The notes beneath the pieces are model-generated. The model searched no databases. It was not told the DNA's origin and saw nothing but the letters and a program-made list of their open reading frames with translations. Below are positions 16,931-29,029 of a stretch of DNA of 64,000 nucleotides, piece by piece (the stretch's first letter is position 1; the number at the start of each line of letters is the position of its first letter). A program made the translations under genes and the position numbers. Source of the DNA: the human T2T-CHM13v2.0 reference genome, Homo sapiens; NCBI RefSeq assembly GCF_009914755.1, contig NC_060927.1. One strand, given 5' to 3'.

Positions 16931-17979
16931 CCCTATCTCCTTCTTAATATTTCTTCTCCCTTCCATATTTTACATTCCATCACAAGGCAAAATCCCTGCA
17001 GATTTTGCAAAGGTATGAAAATTAGACCAAGGGCACTGAACAGTTTGTTGAGGATCATGATTTTTAGAAGCTCTTTTAGCTCATAAAGTTACTCATGCTG
17101 CCTAAAACCCTTAAAAAGCCTGGAATGTTCTGTGCAGAAAAGCAGGAAATAAGGCTAAGCCCAGGTCAGTGTTCCTGTCAGCTGACATGGAATCCTCTGG
17201 TTTCTTCAAACCCAAGAGGCTCTCAGGAAAAGACGTAGGGCTTTAATATTTTTTTAAATCTTTTAACAGGTAGAATATTATAACTATTAATACTTTTTTC
17301 ATTGATACTGTAAGATAATATAAGCTCAACAATCATCTAAATGTAACTATGTTAAAAACCTATAAAATGTGTTGGATATTTTCAAAATGTGTCTTTCATT
17401 ACTTGAAAAAAATTAGCAACCTACAAATACTTAAAAACAAAAAAAACCTTTAGTAAAATTGTAATAATATTATTAATATATGCCCAAGCAGAGTAGATAA
17501 AAATAGCACTGTGGCATCCTCTAAGTCACAGCAAGTGTATAATAAGATGAACTTAATATTAAAGATGAGAATTGATTTCCATTTTAATTTTTTACTTATT
17601 TACCCACTTAAATGCTAGAAGACTAGTTAAAATACATATATTGCATATTTCATGATATAAAAATTAAAAACATGGTTTAAACATTATAAATATTATGCCT
17701 TAAATCACTTCCTGACAACCCAATATAAAATTTACAAATTCCCTCAAAACTTCTCTGTATATTCCCTTGCTTTCCTCCTGTGTAAGTGGAAGTTACATTT
17801 ATTCGCCAAGATTAACCCTTCTACTTGTTCCTACTCTTTCCCTCCCACAGTTTAATCTAGAATGCTACTGCTTCAACTATTTCTTTTTCCCTTGCATCTT
17901 AGGCCATTCCCTAACTACATCCTTTCCCATCAATCTTTTTTTTTTCCCACCAATCTTTGAACCTCTCCTATGGTGTGTG

Positions 17980-18030
17980 CACACATACACACACACACAC
18001 ACACACACATACATACACACACACACACAC
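17980..18030. repeat. Interrupted (CA)n microsatellite
   Basis: CA tract with TACA interruptions. Confidence 0.95.
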
Positions 18031-18079
18031 AGAGTTATTTCAATGATGTTCAAATCCTCAAGCTAACAGAACTCCCTTC

Positions 18080-19000
18080 CTTTTCATTGTTGTTACAGTT
18101 CTAGAACAATTTTTAAATAATCCACATACTCATTTTAATCTCACCCCATCACATAAGTTAAACTGCTCCACAAAGGTCAATAATGGCCTCTAATCATACA
18201 ATTCAATGACTTCTTAATTTTTCACCCTGTTTGGTTTTCTCTACTTGAATCTGAACTTAGTTTTATCAGAACTTCAGATTTTATCTTCTTCTTAAAGCTG
18301 TTTGTACCTAGGATGTCATTATGGTTTAATTCTACCTTTCTCATCACTAATCTATGTAGGATTCTCTTTCCTTCTCTGGTATTTAATTACACCCCTCAAT
18401 CTCCCCAGAATTCAATTATCTGACTTTTTCTCTGCATTGCTCCCTCTATTCTTCCTCCGAAATCTCTGACAGTTATATAGCTTGAAATGCTATCTCTATG
18501 AGAATATCTACCAAATATGTGTCTCTTGTTTCTACTTCTCTCTTGAACTGTACACTTAATTTTCTGATTTTAAATGAAATTCACTCTGGTACACTGAACT
18601 TAGCATGGCCAAAAACTAACCCGCACACTTCCTCTTTTCCTTCTTACGTTCCTTACCTCATTAAGTGCATCACTGCCTTCGGAGTCAACTAGGCTGAAAA
18701 CCTCAAGAGTCACTTTCACTGCACCTTCTCTTTCATCCTCTAATTCTAAGGGGTCACCAAGACCTGTAGATTTTACCTCCAAAATGCCTCCCACATCTGA
18801 ACCAACACTTGCTACACCTACTTCCAAGTATCTAGGCCAGCATTTCATTATTTCTTGCCCAGACTGTTTTAATTCCTCTTGATCATTACTCTTGCTTTCA
18901 GTTTTTTTCTCTTAATTCAAGCTTTACAGAGTCAAGTAAGTATTCTATCAAAGCACAGCCCTGAAGTTTTCCCTCCCTGATTAACAGCCTTCAATGGTTT
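18080..19000 (+). mobile_element. L2 fragment
   Basis: Pyrimidine-rich L2 ORF2/3' signatures (AAGGTCAATAATGGCCTC, GAAAACCTCAAGAGTCAC, TTTTACCTCCAAAAT, CCTTCAATGG); ends approximate. Confidence 0.55.
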
Positions 19001-22000
19001 TCTACCAAATAAATTAAGACAAAATTATTTGACAAAAGCAATCAAAACCTCTATCATCTTACCCTAACTTCCCCTCTCTTACTCAACAATCTATCATTCC
19101 TTCAACCTAACATGTCCTCCATCTCACTGGACTCCAACCCATGAGCTGGCCAGCACCTCCTCCATGCTTCATTCTACACCAACTTTTCACCCTTAGCAAG
19201 CAACGGTTCACCTCTACCACGTACTACATCTCAGCACTTTATTTATACTACCTTAAAGCACTTACTACATTTTACTCTATGGCATAGCTATTTGGAAATG
19301 TCTGTCTTTCCATAGTTGAGATTTGATAAATGAATGATGAAATCAACAGATAGCACATAAAGCACCTTCTAAAAAGAAGAAAGAAATAGATTCAAAATCT
19401 CAATGCTAAAAATTCTGTAATATTTAAAAGACTACTAACTGATTAAGGCCTGCATTATATGAATGCCTTATATCACAGGGATAAACCAAGGTAAGTCTTC
19501 ATATGATTCCTTTAAATCTTTCACTTTATCAATAGCTTTTCTAAGAAGTCATGTACCAAACTTTGGGATCACTTCATTTATCACAACACAAATTCAAAAC
19601 TGAACTGAGTACTAAACAAAACTGTCCAGACAATTTGTTATTATCCCCTAACCAAGTCTACCACAACCCATGATTCTGCTAAGGTGGAACAACTTCAGTG
19701 AGGAAAAGGAAATACGTCAAGAAGTATAATTCAAATGAATGATATCCCTGGTTTTAAGGCTCTAGGAATGTAAGAGTCTCCAACTTAGTAAACACAAACA
19801 ACAGGCATCTAAAACCTGTCTTAGTCCACATGGAATATCTTTCAGAGATATGAGGAACTCAGCTTAGAAAAGAAAGTTGACTTGTATTCTTTAAAATATT
19901 TATATATAATCCAAGCATCCTTGATTGACAAACTTTAAAATATATTATGATCACAATTAAATTAAAAGGAGTGTAAATTATATTTCAAGCTTGAAAAATG
20001 TACTAAATAGACTGAGGGCAAAAGGCAGGAAAAGCCTACTGGGCATCATCACTTCCTAAATGCTTTTTAAATTCTTTTGGTAATGTAATTTAAAATAAAT
20101 GACGAGGACAGCAAAACAAAAATTTGAGGCAGGTACTCAGAGTGCTTTGCTCTTCAGCATCAATTAATTATTTTCTAATTTCCTAAGCATCCATGTATGC
20201 TCAGTACATTTAGTATCTATTAGATGGAAAATTGTTTCTTCTATTTTCCATCACCTGGCTAAGATTCTTATGAAAACCATGCTCAGGAACCTCACATTAA
20301 TAAATTATCATTCCAACCATACTGATTAGTAATCATTTCCTTACTCTCACCTCAGCATTTCCAACAAGAACACAATAATGCTGTTCCTAAAAGGCAATGG
20401 CCAGCAGAATCCAGACAGAAAACTGTCTCAACACTGGCCAGAAAAACAAGGAGGATGTTCTCTACTCTGTTCCCACTGTACTTGGGGTTTGTAATATAGC
20501 CCTCTCCATACTACATGGCAATTATCCATTTATGTGTTTGGCTCTGATACTGTTCTCTGAGTTCCTTGACAGGTCAAAGGCGGGATTATGTCTTGTCTAG
20601 CTTCATATCCCCAGTAACGAGCACTCAGTGGAAACACAGTAGGCCCTCAAAAAATGTTTATTAAGTGTTTAAGAAACCTTGTCTCTTGAGTAGCTTCAGA
20701 ACAGACTCCACATTTCATTCTGGCGCACTTGAACCTAGATATGTATTCATGATTAATACTTCTATCACTGTATCAAATAAGCATCCACTGATGTGAGGGC
20801 TTCTGGGTCGGCTATCAAATTACACATACACAGAGCTAAGGCCAGAAAATCTGTAATGGGATGTTTTGGGATATGCTACTATCTACTATTCTTTTCCTCA
20901 AAACATAGACTATGCTAACTCTGTGCTACTGATTTTCTGTTACAAAACACTCTACATCTTATAAGGAACACAACTGAGCAATTACGCTCTCCTATTCTCA
21001 GTGACCTTAGAGCAAAAGCCTGCCCTCTGAAAACAGAACATTAATTGGAAAGAATTTCAATTGACCATTTTAAATTCCAGAGGCCAAGAAATGGTAAAAC
21101 TACATACTCACTAGATATTTCCCCTACAACCCAAGACTGCTTCATTATTCCCTGTAAAAATAGTTATTTTACTTTATTGGTAGCTGAAACACACTGAAAT
21201 TGAAGCTTGTGTTCATATTTATACTTCCAAGATCTACCCTTGCAAAGAGGCTTCATAAGAAAAAAATATTAACTATACACTTAACTCTGCCTTTTACATA
21301 CCTACCAATTAGACTTGAAAATTGCTATTTTCTGTTATTCACAAACTAAATTCATGCTATTGCAGTTATTTTTTTAAAAAGGTAATGTGTCAAGGGATTA
21401 ACTTCAGAACTAATAATAAAGTTCCTGATGTAATCATCAGGACAATGTTGATATTATGAGCCACTTCCTTCACCACTAACAAATAAGAAAAGATAAACAA
21501 AAGAGGGGGATGTTTCTGTACTATACACTTATATACTGCCAATTAGTAATTATCAATGCCTTTCTATTTACTGTATCTTACAGTAAAAATAAACATACTG
21601 AATTCTTTCATAATAATTTATGCAATTTCTCTCCACAAAGCCCCTGGGTACATTCACAAATGAACACAACCATTTTCATCTTTGACAAATAATGAAGACA
21701 AACAGGCAATGTACATTTGCCAACACCCGCACCCACATCCCACTAAGTAGAGACTTTTGATAATAGATTTCCTTGTTGGGTCAAGTTTCTCAATTGGAGA
21801 GACTAAACCTAAACCCACAGAAGGGTTAATAAAATAAACAATAGCAGATGTTTAACTATCAAATAACCATCTATTTTACCATAACTCATGGTGAAATAAT
21901 TAAAAGTGAATAAAACTTATGTTAACAACCAGTTACAGACCAAAATTGTGTACATCATTTTTAATGTTTCAAAAATAATGATTTTATAGTAACTATAGCT

Positions 22001-23711
22001 CACCACATCCTTATATAAATCTTTTTGATTTGATGTCCTAACACAAATGTACAAACACTGACCACTCAAAGTTGGAGGGTGGGGGAAAAAGAACAGCCCC
22101 TTTATAGAATCTGAACCATTTGCTGTCCACTTACGTAGCAGGTAAGTTAGAGAAAAACCTTGAATTCCTTCTCTTACCCCAACTAATGATTTAGGCAGTG
22201 AGAGTGACCTTCAAATGCACACTCTTTAGCAAAGACAAGATAGGCAGCATTGTGCTTGACAAATATATGCTATTTTTCCAATTGAATAGTCCTTATTCTA
22301 AAGTATCCAATGCTAAAATCAAAACTGAACCCCAAGCAGCAAGTTGCAATATTCTGACACTATGACATCATTCTGTCTGGAGCACTTTAATATAACAATT
22401 TGAATAAATTGGCAGAAGCGTAAATAGGTCACACTGAAGCCCAAAACTAAGGCTATTTATCTGGCAAAAATATTCTGGCTCTGCATTTAGCACCATTGCC
22501 TGTAGAATGACAGGCCAGTCATTCATCTGTGTGTCCCTTCCATCAGAATAAATGAAAATAATGGAAATCTTGTCACATTCATATGTTGCTACTACTACTG
22601 ATAGTGGCTTTTATAGCCAATATTTACAGACAGGAGCAAATCAAAGCAAAGATGAATGTTATCACATGATTTCATGGATGCTTTGGCACATCCTTACACA
22701 GAAATTTGTTTTTAAAACCTCCATTTCTTCAGTTATAAAGATACTGAGTCTTGCCTCAACTAAACTTATAATTGGCCCCAGATATCTATGAAATAAAGTC
22801 ATAATGTGTTCCAAACATTTACTAATAAATCCAGGACAGTGCTACTGCTTCAAAAAAAAGAATTATTAATTTTTGCAAAGCAGCAAGCTACATCTTAAAT
22901 TTATTTTATAATCATACTTAGTAAGGTAGGATACTGACAGCTACAGTTTCTGAGTAAATCTCTGTAAGGTATTCAGATTGACTTCTCTGGATACTGACAC
23001 CCATCATGATTTCTTCTTGTGAAATTATAGTTTGTCTGAAAGCAACATGCAGAAACCACAGAGGTTTCTGATACTCTCAGCCTCACCACCCCCAACATAA
23101 ATTTTCCTTTCACAATAAACAATGTGCCATCGAAAGGTTTCCTGTTTCAAAATGGAATAGTAGATGAAAGAAACTGTTAACTCTCCCATTAACAACAAAA
23201 AAAGTTTCTTAATGAAGATGAATTCTCAAAGATGAAAATGGAAACTCCCTCAACTACTGCTTCTTCACTTAAGAACTAATCTGTTTCTTTCCCCAGTAAA
23301 TATTTTCAGTATCATACCAGATGATTGTCATGAGTGGTCAAAGACTTAAATAACCTGCTGGTACTCTTTTGTTATCTAAGAGCAACACAACCTCACAGAA
23401 GACAGAACAAACACTTCCAAGCATTCTATGGCCATACACCAACAAAAAGCAGCCAATGGTAAAACTTTACATACTGAGTCATGTAGAGGAACTCTGAACC
23501 TTAAAGAGTAGAAAGGATGAAAGGTTAAAAAACAAAAAAGTCTTTGAATCCAACTTTTCAAAAAACACAGAGTTGAAGAAAAATGATGAATTGAAATCAA
23601 AAGATTGTTGCCATAACAATGGTTGGTATTAATTAACAGTATAAATAAATCTGGAGAAACCACAGACAAAGTGAATAGTGTTTCGCACAGGCAACGTCAG
23701 ACAGAACTTAC

Positions 23712-23879
23712 CACTTTGTCCATGAGCTTCCAAGTCTTCTCCACGGTCCTGCGATCTGCGGCAGCTTGCTTAGGGGGTCCAACTGCATCCTGAATAGCAT
23801 CAATAATACCCAAAATTCGACCTTTTCGGGGATTTCCTCCTCGACCACCAGGGTTTCTGCCATTCATTGAGTTTGCCAT
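23712..23879 (-). CDS. CBLB: CBLB first coding exon, codons 1-56 of E3 ubiquitin ligase Cbl-b
   Basis: ATG at 23879; [56 protein letters not shown] is the Cbl-b N-terminus; donor GTG|gtaagt at 23712/23711, phase 0. Confidence 0.98.
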
Positions 23880-23893
23880 CTGGAATTTTAGTT
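23880..23893 (-). other. CBLB: 5' UTR part (14 nt) of the CBLB start-codon exon
   Basis: Branch-like CTAAC at 23927-23923, pyrimidine tract, then ttttaaag|AACTAAAATTCCAG ATG. Confidence 0.8.
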
Positions 23894-24470
23894 CTTTAAA
23901 AGGCAGATTTAAAAAAAGAAAAGTTAGTTGGTTTTGAAAATATTTACCCACCAGAAAACTAGAGACTAACTTGTACCACTGCATCTTCCTCCATCAATTA
24001 GAGCAAAACCAAAAGTTCCGGATTCATCTTTATCAATAAGCTTGTGAATTTACACTCTCAATCTTTACACACAGTAGTTTTAAGAGCAGTGATCCTAGAT
24101 TTGCTTTTACAATACTAAGAGTTAAAGATGCATCCTGCTCACGTTTCAAGTAGCTAAGGCTGAACTAATACTCAACTCATAAAAAAAAAAAAAAGAACAA
24201 ACAAAACTTAAACAGGTTTCCCCCACCTAGATAAAAACAGAATGTTCTTCCCCTCCTGCCTTAATTCCAATTCAAAATACCAGAACAACTGAAGGTCCTA
24301 TCATACATTTTGGGAGCCTTACGCAGAAACTTCACTTTCACTCTGTTAGATTTCTCCAAGTTACATAAACATAAAGATTATCCTACACAAACGTAAGGGA
24401 CAGCTCTGTTGTCAACAAAAGCGCAGGGCATGTCCCACACTAAAACCACCAAGTACGGACACACGAACAC

Positions 24471-24540
24471 CTTTCTTTAAATCAACGCGGTGAGTCGTTA
24501 TTCCCAAGAACCAAATGAAATTAACACACAAATAGCCCAT
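24471..24540 (-). CDS. CBLB: Putative alternative upstream coding exon of CBLB (28-aa N-terminal extension once spliced)
   Basis: ATG at 24540 gives MGYLCVNFIWFLGITTHRVDLKK; donor AAG|gtgttc; 70+14 nt = 28 codons, in frame with the main ATG. Donor is weak at +3 to +6. Confidence 0.6.
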
Positions 24541-25037
24541 TTGAAAAGAGAAAAGAGAAAAATGACAAGAGCGGCCACGGAAAGGAGGAGTTCACTTCTC
24601 TGGCTCCTCGCCTCTGCCCTCAACCCAAAGCTTTGTTTCAGGACGCCTGTGTCCCTTCCCTGCTCAGGCCCCTTCCCGGCCCCTCGGGTCTGAGCTGCAG
24701 GAGGAAGGTGGACTGGGAGGGGACAAAGTGTCCCTCCCGTGCCCGCAGCACCGTCCGTCTAGGGCGCGGGAGGGACACTGTGGGCTCGGCGCCTGGGTGG
24801 ACGCGCCTCCCGGCCGCCTGCTGCAGTCCTCACCGCCGTCTGCCTGGACGCCCTCTCCCTCCTCCCCGGCCTGCGGGTTCTGGTCTTTAAATGCCCCACT
24901 TCAAACTGGACGGCGGCGGCAAAGGCAGCTGAGAGCCAGGGCTGTCCCCTCTTCCTCCTTGGCCCGCGCCTGGCTACCCCGGGCCCCCGGGCCGGCAAGA
25001 AGTGTGGAGCCTCCCCGGCGACCCCTTCCCTTCTTGC

Positions 25038-25320
25038 CTTTCGGCGCCGTAGCTGTCCAGAGACACGCGTGTGCGCGGGTCCCACTCCACACGCACGCAG
25101 CCCAGTGTGTGTGGGGAGCCCCGGCTGGGAGTGGGATCGCTGAGAACAGCTCGCTCCCGAAGAAGGAGCAACCCAGCGCGCAGGCCTCCGAGACGTGGAA
25201 ACGCAACAATTACCGTCAAGACAAATCCACACCCGCTCTCCCCTCCCGCCCGACTCGGGGAGGCCGCGGGACGCCGCAGCAGCACTAGCAGGAGGAGGAG
25301 ACCGCTCGCTGGACACCCCA
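25038..25320 (-). other. CBLB: Probable non-coding exon 1 of CBLB (TSS approximate)
   Basis: Lies just downstream of the GC/CCAAT boxes, contains no ATG, and ends at a GC-type donor AAG|gcaaga (25038/25037). An alternative donor ACG|gtaatt sits at 25214/25213. Confidence 0.6.
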
Positions 25321-25349
25321 CCCCTGTGGCACACACAGGACCCAGGCTC

Positions 25350-25379
25350 GGGGCGGGGCGGGGCGGGGGCGGGGCCGGG
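25350..25379. promoter_or_regulatory. Tandem Sp/KLF GC boxes with an overlapping EGR site; G-quadruplex-capable
   Basis: GGGGCGGGGCGGGGCGGGGGCGGGGCCGGG; EGR consensus GCGGGGGCG at 25363-25371. Confidence 0.85.
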
Positions 25380-25387
25380 CGCCGCTG

Positions 25388-25436
25388 AGCCAATGCCGCG
25401 CAACCGCGCACTGCCCGACAGCGGGTGCAGCCAATG
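25388..25436. promoter_or_regulatory. Two NF-Y CCAAT boxes (a third at 25638-25642)
   Basis: AGCCAATG twice, with CCAAT at 25390 and 25431 (41 bp apart). Confidence 0.75.
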
Positions 25437-27286
25437 GACGGGAGGCGCCCGTCCTCCTCGCGCTGCCGCCCCGTCCACGTCCTCCACAGTACACAATGGC
25501 CCCAGAGGAAGGCCCGCTCGCAGCACATCAGAAAGGAATTGGACTCGGAGAGAAATGAGGGGCCTGGACTCTCCCGGGAACGAAAGTGGAAACGGGAAAG
25601 GAAATGGACGAAGGGATGCAAGGCACGAAGGAGCTAACCAATAAGGGGTGGCAGGTGGGCGTGAGCGTCGGGACCGGGAGCCAAAGCCATCTGGGGCTGA
25701 AAGGCGGGACTTCCTGCTTCGCTTACCTTCCTAGTCTTTTGTTTCATAGCAACAGAGTAGTGGCTGGAAGGGTGTTGCTTCTCCGCTCTGGGCGGGTCCA
25801 ACGCTGGAGAAATTCATCTCCCTAGGGCTGCCAAACCCTTCTACCCAGGACAGCAGCCAAACAGGTCTATGACGTTGCTTCTTGTTGGCTATCAAAAAGA
25901 GCAACAGCCACTGAGCTTCTAAAATGCAGAATAAATCTCACAGAGAGTAGGCTGGGGTGACATCTGAATGCCAACTGAAACTTCCCAAGTTTCCGAGTTT
26001 CTCTTTTGCTGTTAGTTTTAGAGGGATTGCAGACCAAACATCAGGCTGATGAAAAAGCAAATAGTTGACAACGCTGGCCAAACAGTCTCTGCTAATCATG
26101 CCAAAGCAATAAAAGTACCAGATAATGGGAATTGCTGATAAATACCTTGCACCTTTTTACTTAGTGCAAGTTTCTGCCTAAATGACTGAGGAGGAGACAG
26201 CTACTGTGTTTTGTCGGAGTCACCTTTACATAGATTTCTATCCATTTAAAAACAACCTTACTGTAGCTGCCATTCTCTACCAGCATTGTTACCTCTTTCT
26301 GTGGCTCCCTTCTTTGTGCTCTTAAAAAGGCCGACATCTGGCTAGTCTTTAAAGGAGAAAGCTACTGTGCTGGGACTTGTCTTTCAGCAATATCATAGGT
26401 TAAACAAATGCCTTCCATTTATTTCAGTTTACTTCAATCCCACCACTCATGCTACCAACAATTGCTCTGGACTTCATACTTTGGAACTTTCTTTCCACTA
26501 CAGTTGATAGCGTTTATTACACTTTTCAGCTTGGACATCTCAGATGTTCTGATATTTTACATTGGGTTTTTTGTTTTTGATTTTGTTTTTTCAAATCTTG
26601 CTCTAACCACGTAACCTGATAAAATGTTTCTCAATGGTTCTAACCACTTTCTAGCAACTAAGAATTTTAATACTGTAATTATTACTATGAAGGATCCTGA
26701 GTTTTCCTTTACAGCCTTGAATTTACATGGTTAAGATTTTAATTTGACGAAAACAGAAAAAAAATGTGCCTTTGCAACCAGTCAGGTGATAAAGTGTGAT
26801 TCAGGAAGTAATTTTGTTTCCTTGTCATTATTTCTGTGCCAGTAATTAAAGAGTAGTTCCTTGTTTTCACATTGCATTTATCTACAAAAGTGCTGGCCTC
26901 TCCATATCTCCTCCACCCATCCATATCTCTTTTACTCATAGTCGTAGTAGCTACATTTACTAAGGGGAGACTGTAAAAGAAAAAAACTGTGTTACCTTTA
27001 AAATAAATTTTAAAAGAATTAATGTGTAGAAGCATGTAGCAAAACAGTGGCTTAAGGGAACATTATAACTAAGTATATTACTTATATTCATATCTGGATA
27101 AATGTAAAATACCCAAAATACATGTTATAGCATGTGCCATTCCTTTTATATGGTGTTTTGCAACTGAAAGAGATGAGTTAATGAGAAAATGGCATTGCCT
27201 ATGGTATCAAGCATATCATGTTGATATAAATTACAAGTTTTGAGGTGTATGGTTTGACATATTTTGAAATATATGTATGTGAGATA

Positions 27287-27616
27287 CGGTAGCATCCCTT
27301 ACCACTTATTTGCCATCTCACTTTCCTTGGTTCTAGTTACCTGTGGACAACCAGGGTTTGAAAATAGGTGAGTATAGTACAAAAAGATATTTTGAGAGAG
27401 AGAAAAATACCACATTTATATAACTTGTATTACAGCATATTGTTATTATTTTATTAATAGTTATTGTTATTAATCTCTTACTGTGACTACTTCATAAACT
27501 TATCATAGGTATGTATGTATTGGAATACTCATAGTATATATAGCGTTCAGTATTTTCTGAGATTTCAAGCATGCACTGTGGGTTTGAGCATATCCTGTGG
27601 ATGAAGGGAACTGCTG
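27287..27616. mobile_element. MER44A-like (Tigger7 family) DNA transposon
   Basis: TA-flanked; matches recalled MER44 (AGTTACCTGTGGACAACC, AAGATATTTTGAGAGAGAG, TTAATCTCTTACTGTG, ATCATAGGTATGTATGTA). Confidence 0.75.
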
Positions 27617-27634
27617 TATGTACATATGTACGCA

Positions 27635-27656
27635 TGTGTGTGTGTGTGTGTGTGTG
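27635..27656. repeat. (TG)n microsatellite
   Basis: Read directly. Confidence 0.93.
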
Positions 27657-29029
27657 GTCAAGAAATTATAGCTTATCATCAACTAGCTATTTTATCAAGC
27701 AATCTGGAATCCAGGTTAAGTTCTGGTGTAGCAGGGTTCCCAGTTGAGCTGAAACTCGGATTCAGTTTGGTTTTCTCTCATAAACTGATGGAGCAGTAGA
27801 AGTCCTCCCTGCCAATTATTAGAAAAAGTAAATGTGCACGGGGAATAAATAACTGCTGGGATAAAACTTCAAACCCCGGGTGTCTCCAGTAGAGACACAA
27901 GAGATAAAGCACAATGAAAGATGCATGCTTCAGGACTATAAATAAGAAGACAAAGAAATGTTTCCATAAGAGATTTTAGGACATAAGCAGTAGTACTTCA
28001 AGCTGACAGAGTTGGCTAGAGAAACAGTCACCTCATTTCTATAGAACAAGTCAGTCCCCAGTAGGGTGCAGTTTAAAGTGAATGCAGCATCAGTTAGCAG
28101 TGTGGGAAATTGTAACCTAGAAAGAACATGTATATGGCCTTATTACGGGACAGCAGTGTTCTACTGGAAGATCCTGACATAAGACAGAATGGTGGAGCTC
28201 CTACATGAAGGATCTTGTAAGCACAAGGGTGGCTAGTAAGTGAGTAATGTGAGCAAACCGGTCATAAGGACATGTGAGACCCTTCCCCCAGGTCTCCCAG
28301 AAAAGAGGGGGAGACTTCGTGGCAAGAATACTTAAGAAATTATGTAGAAACAGCTGTGAACCCGTGTAATTTGAGCATTACTGTTTGACATTAATATATG
28401 TACCAATAGGCTGGTGCCATCTAGAAAAATGCGGCTTAAATTCCAGTCTGTAAACACAAGACATTAAGGAAAAAAAAGACAATTATTTGAGGAAAATATT
28501 TAGACTTTTGTCATTTGCTTTAATTTTTCTTTTCTTCTATTTTTTCCAAATTCACAACTGACCCCTGTGATATTGGACATGAGTTGACTAAATAACAAAG
28601 CCCCTCCATAACTTATGTAACCCATAATAGCTCAAAAATATTAATTGAATAAATGAATTGACTGTTTAAGAGTATTACATACAAAATATAATGCTGTTCC
28701 TGTTTCTGCACAATGGAGAATTCATTTAATTCACAATTCCAAGCACGATTTTATTTTTACTATTAAGTAGATTTACAGTGACGATCCTAACACAAAAACA
28801 GAATACCACAACAGAAATTTCTAATTTCTCATAGAGAACACGGACCCAAATCTCAGGTTAGAGAGAAATAAGAGCAATATGACCTCGTAATATTTGGGCA
28901 TAACAAGTTGTTCTTTGTTACGTGAAATAGAGTTCCATTCATCATTAACCCATTACATTTAATAGTTGGCATTGAGGGATGCTGATCCAGGGGCTCATCA
29001 GATATAACCAGACTCTGAGTCCTAGCTTG

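Larger units (their letters stand above)
24620..25810. promoter_or_regulatory. CBLB: CpG island / CBLB promoter
   Basis: Abrupt GC- and CpG-rich segment in an AT-rich background, about 1 kb upstream of the start-codon exon. Confidence 0.95.

Noticed and set aside
23880-23984. N-terminal part of the 95-aa ORF 23697-23984 (MQWYKLVSS...)
   Set aside because: It runs through the branch point, pyrimidine tract and acceptor, so it is intronic upstream of 23893.
24486-24495. Consensus-like plus-strand donor GCG|GTGAGT suggesting an antisense transcript
   Set aside because: Single 9-mer with no supporting promoter or acceptor; compatible with chance.
24490-25825. Many overlapping ORFs of 67-255 aa on both strands
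   Set aside because: Expected from stop-codon scarcity in a CpG island; low-complexity Arg/Pro/Gly/Ala content and no recognisable domain.
27727-28390. Segment of more balanced composition starting TGTAGCA, possibly an ancient LTR
   Set aside because: No TSD and no family I can recognise; needs RepeatMasker or Dfam.
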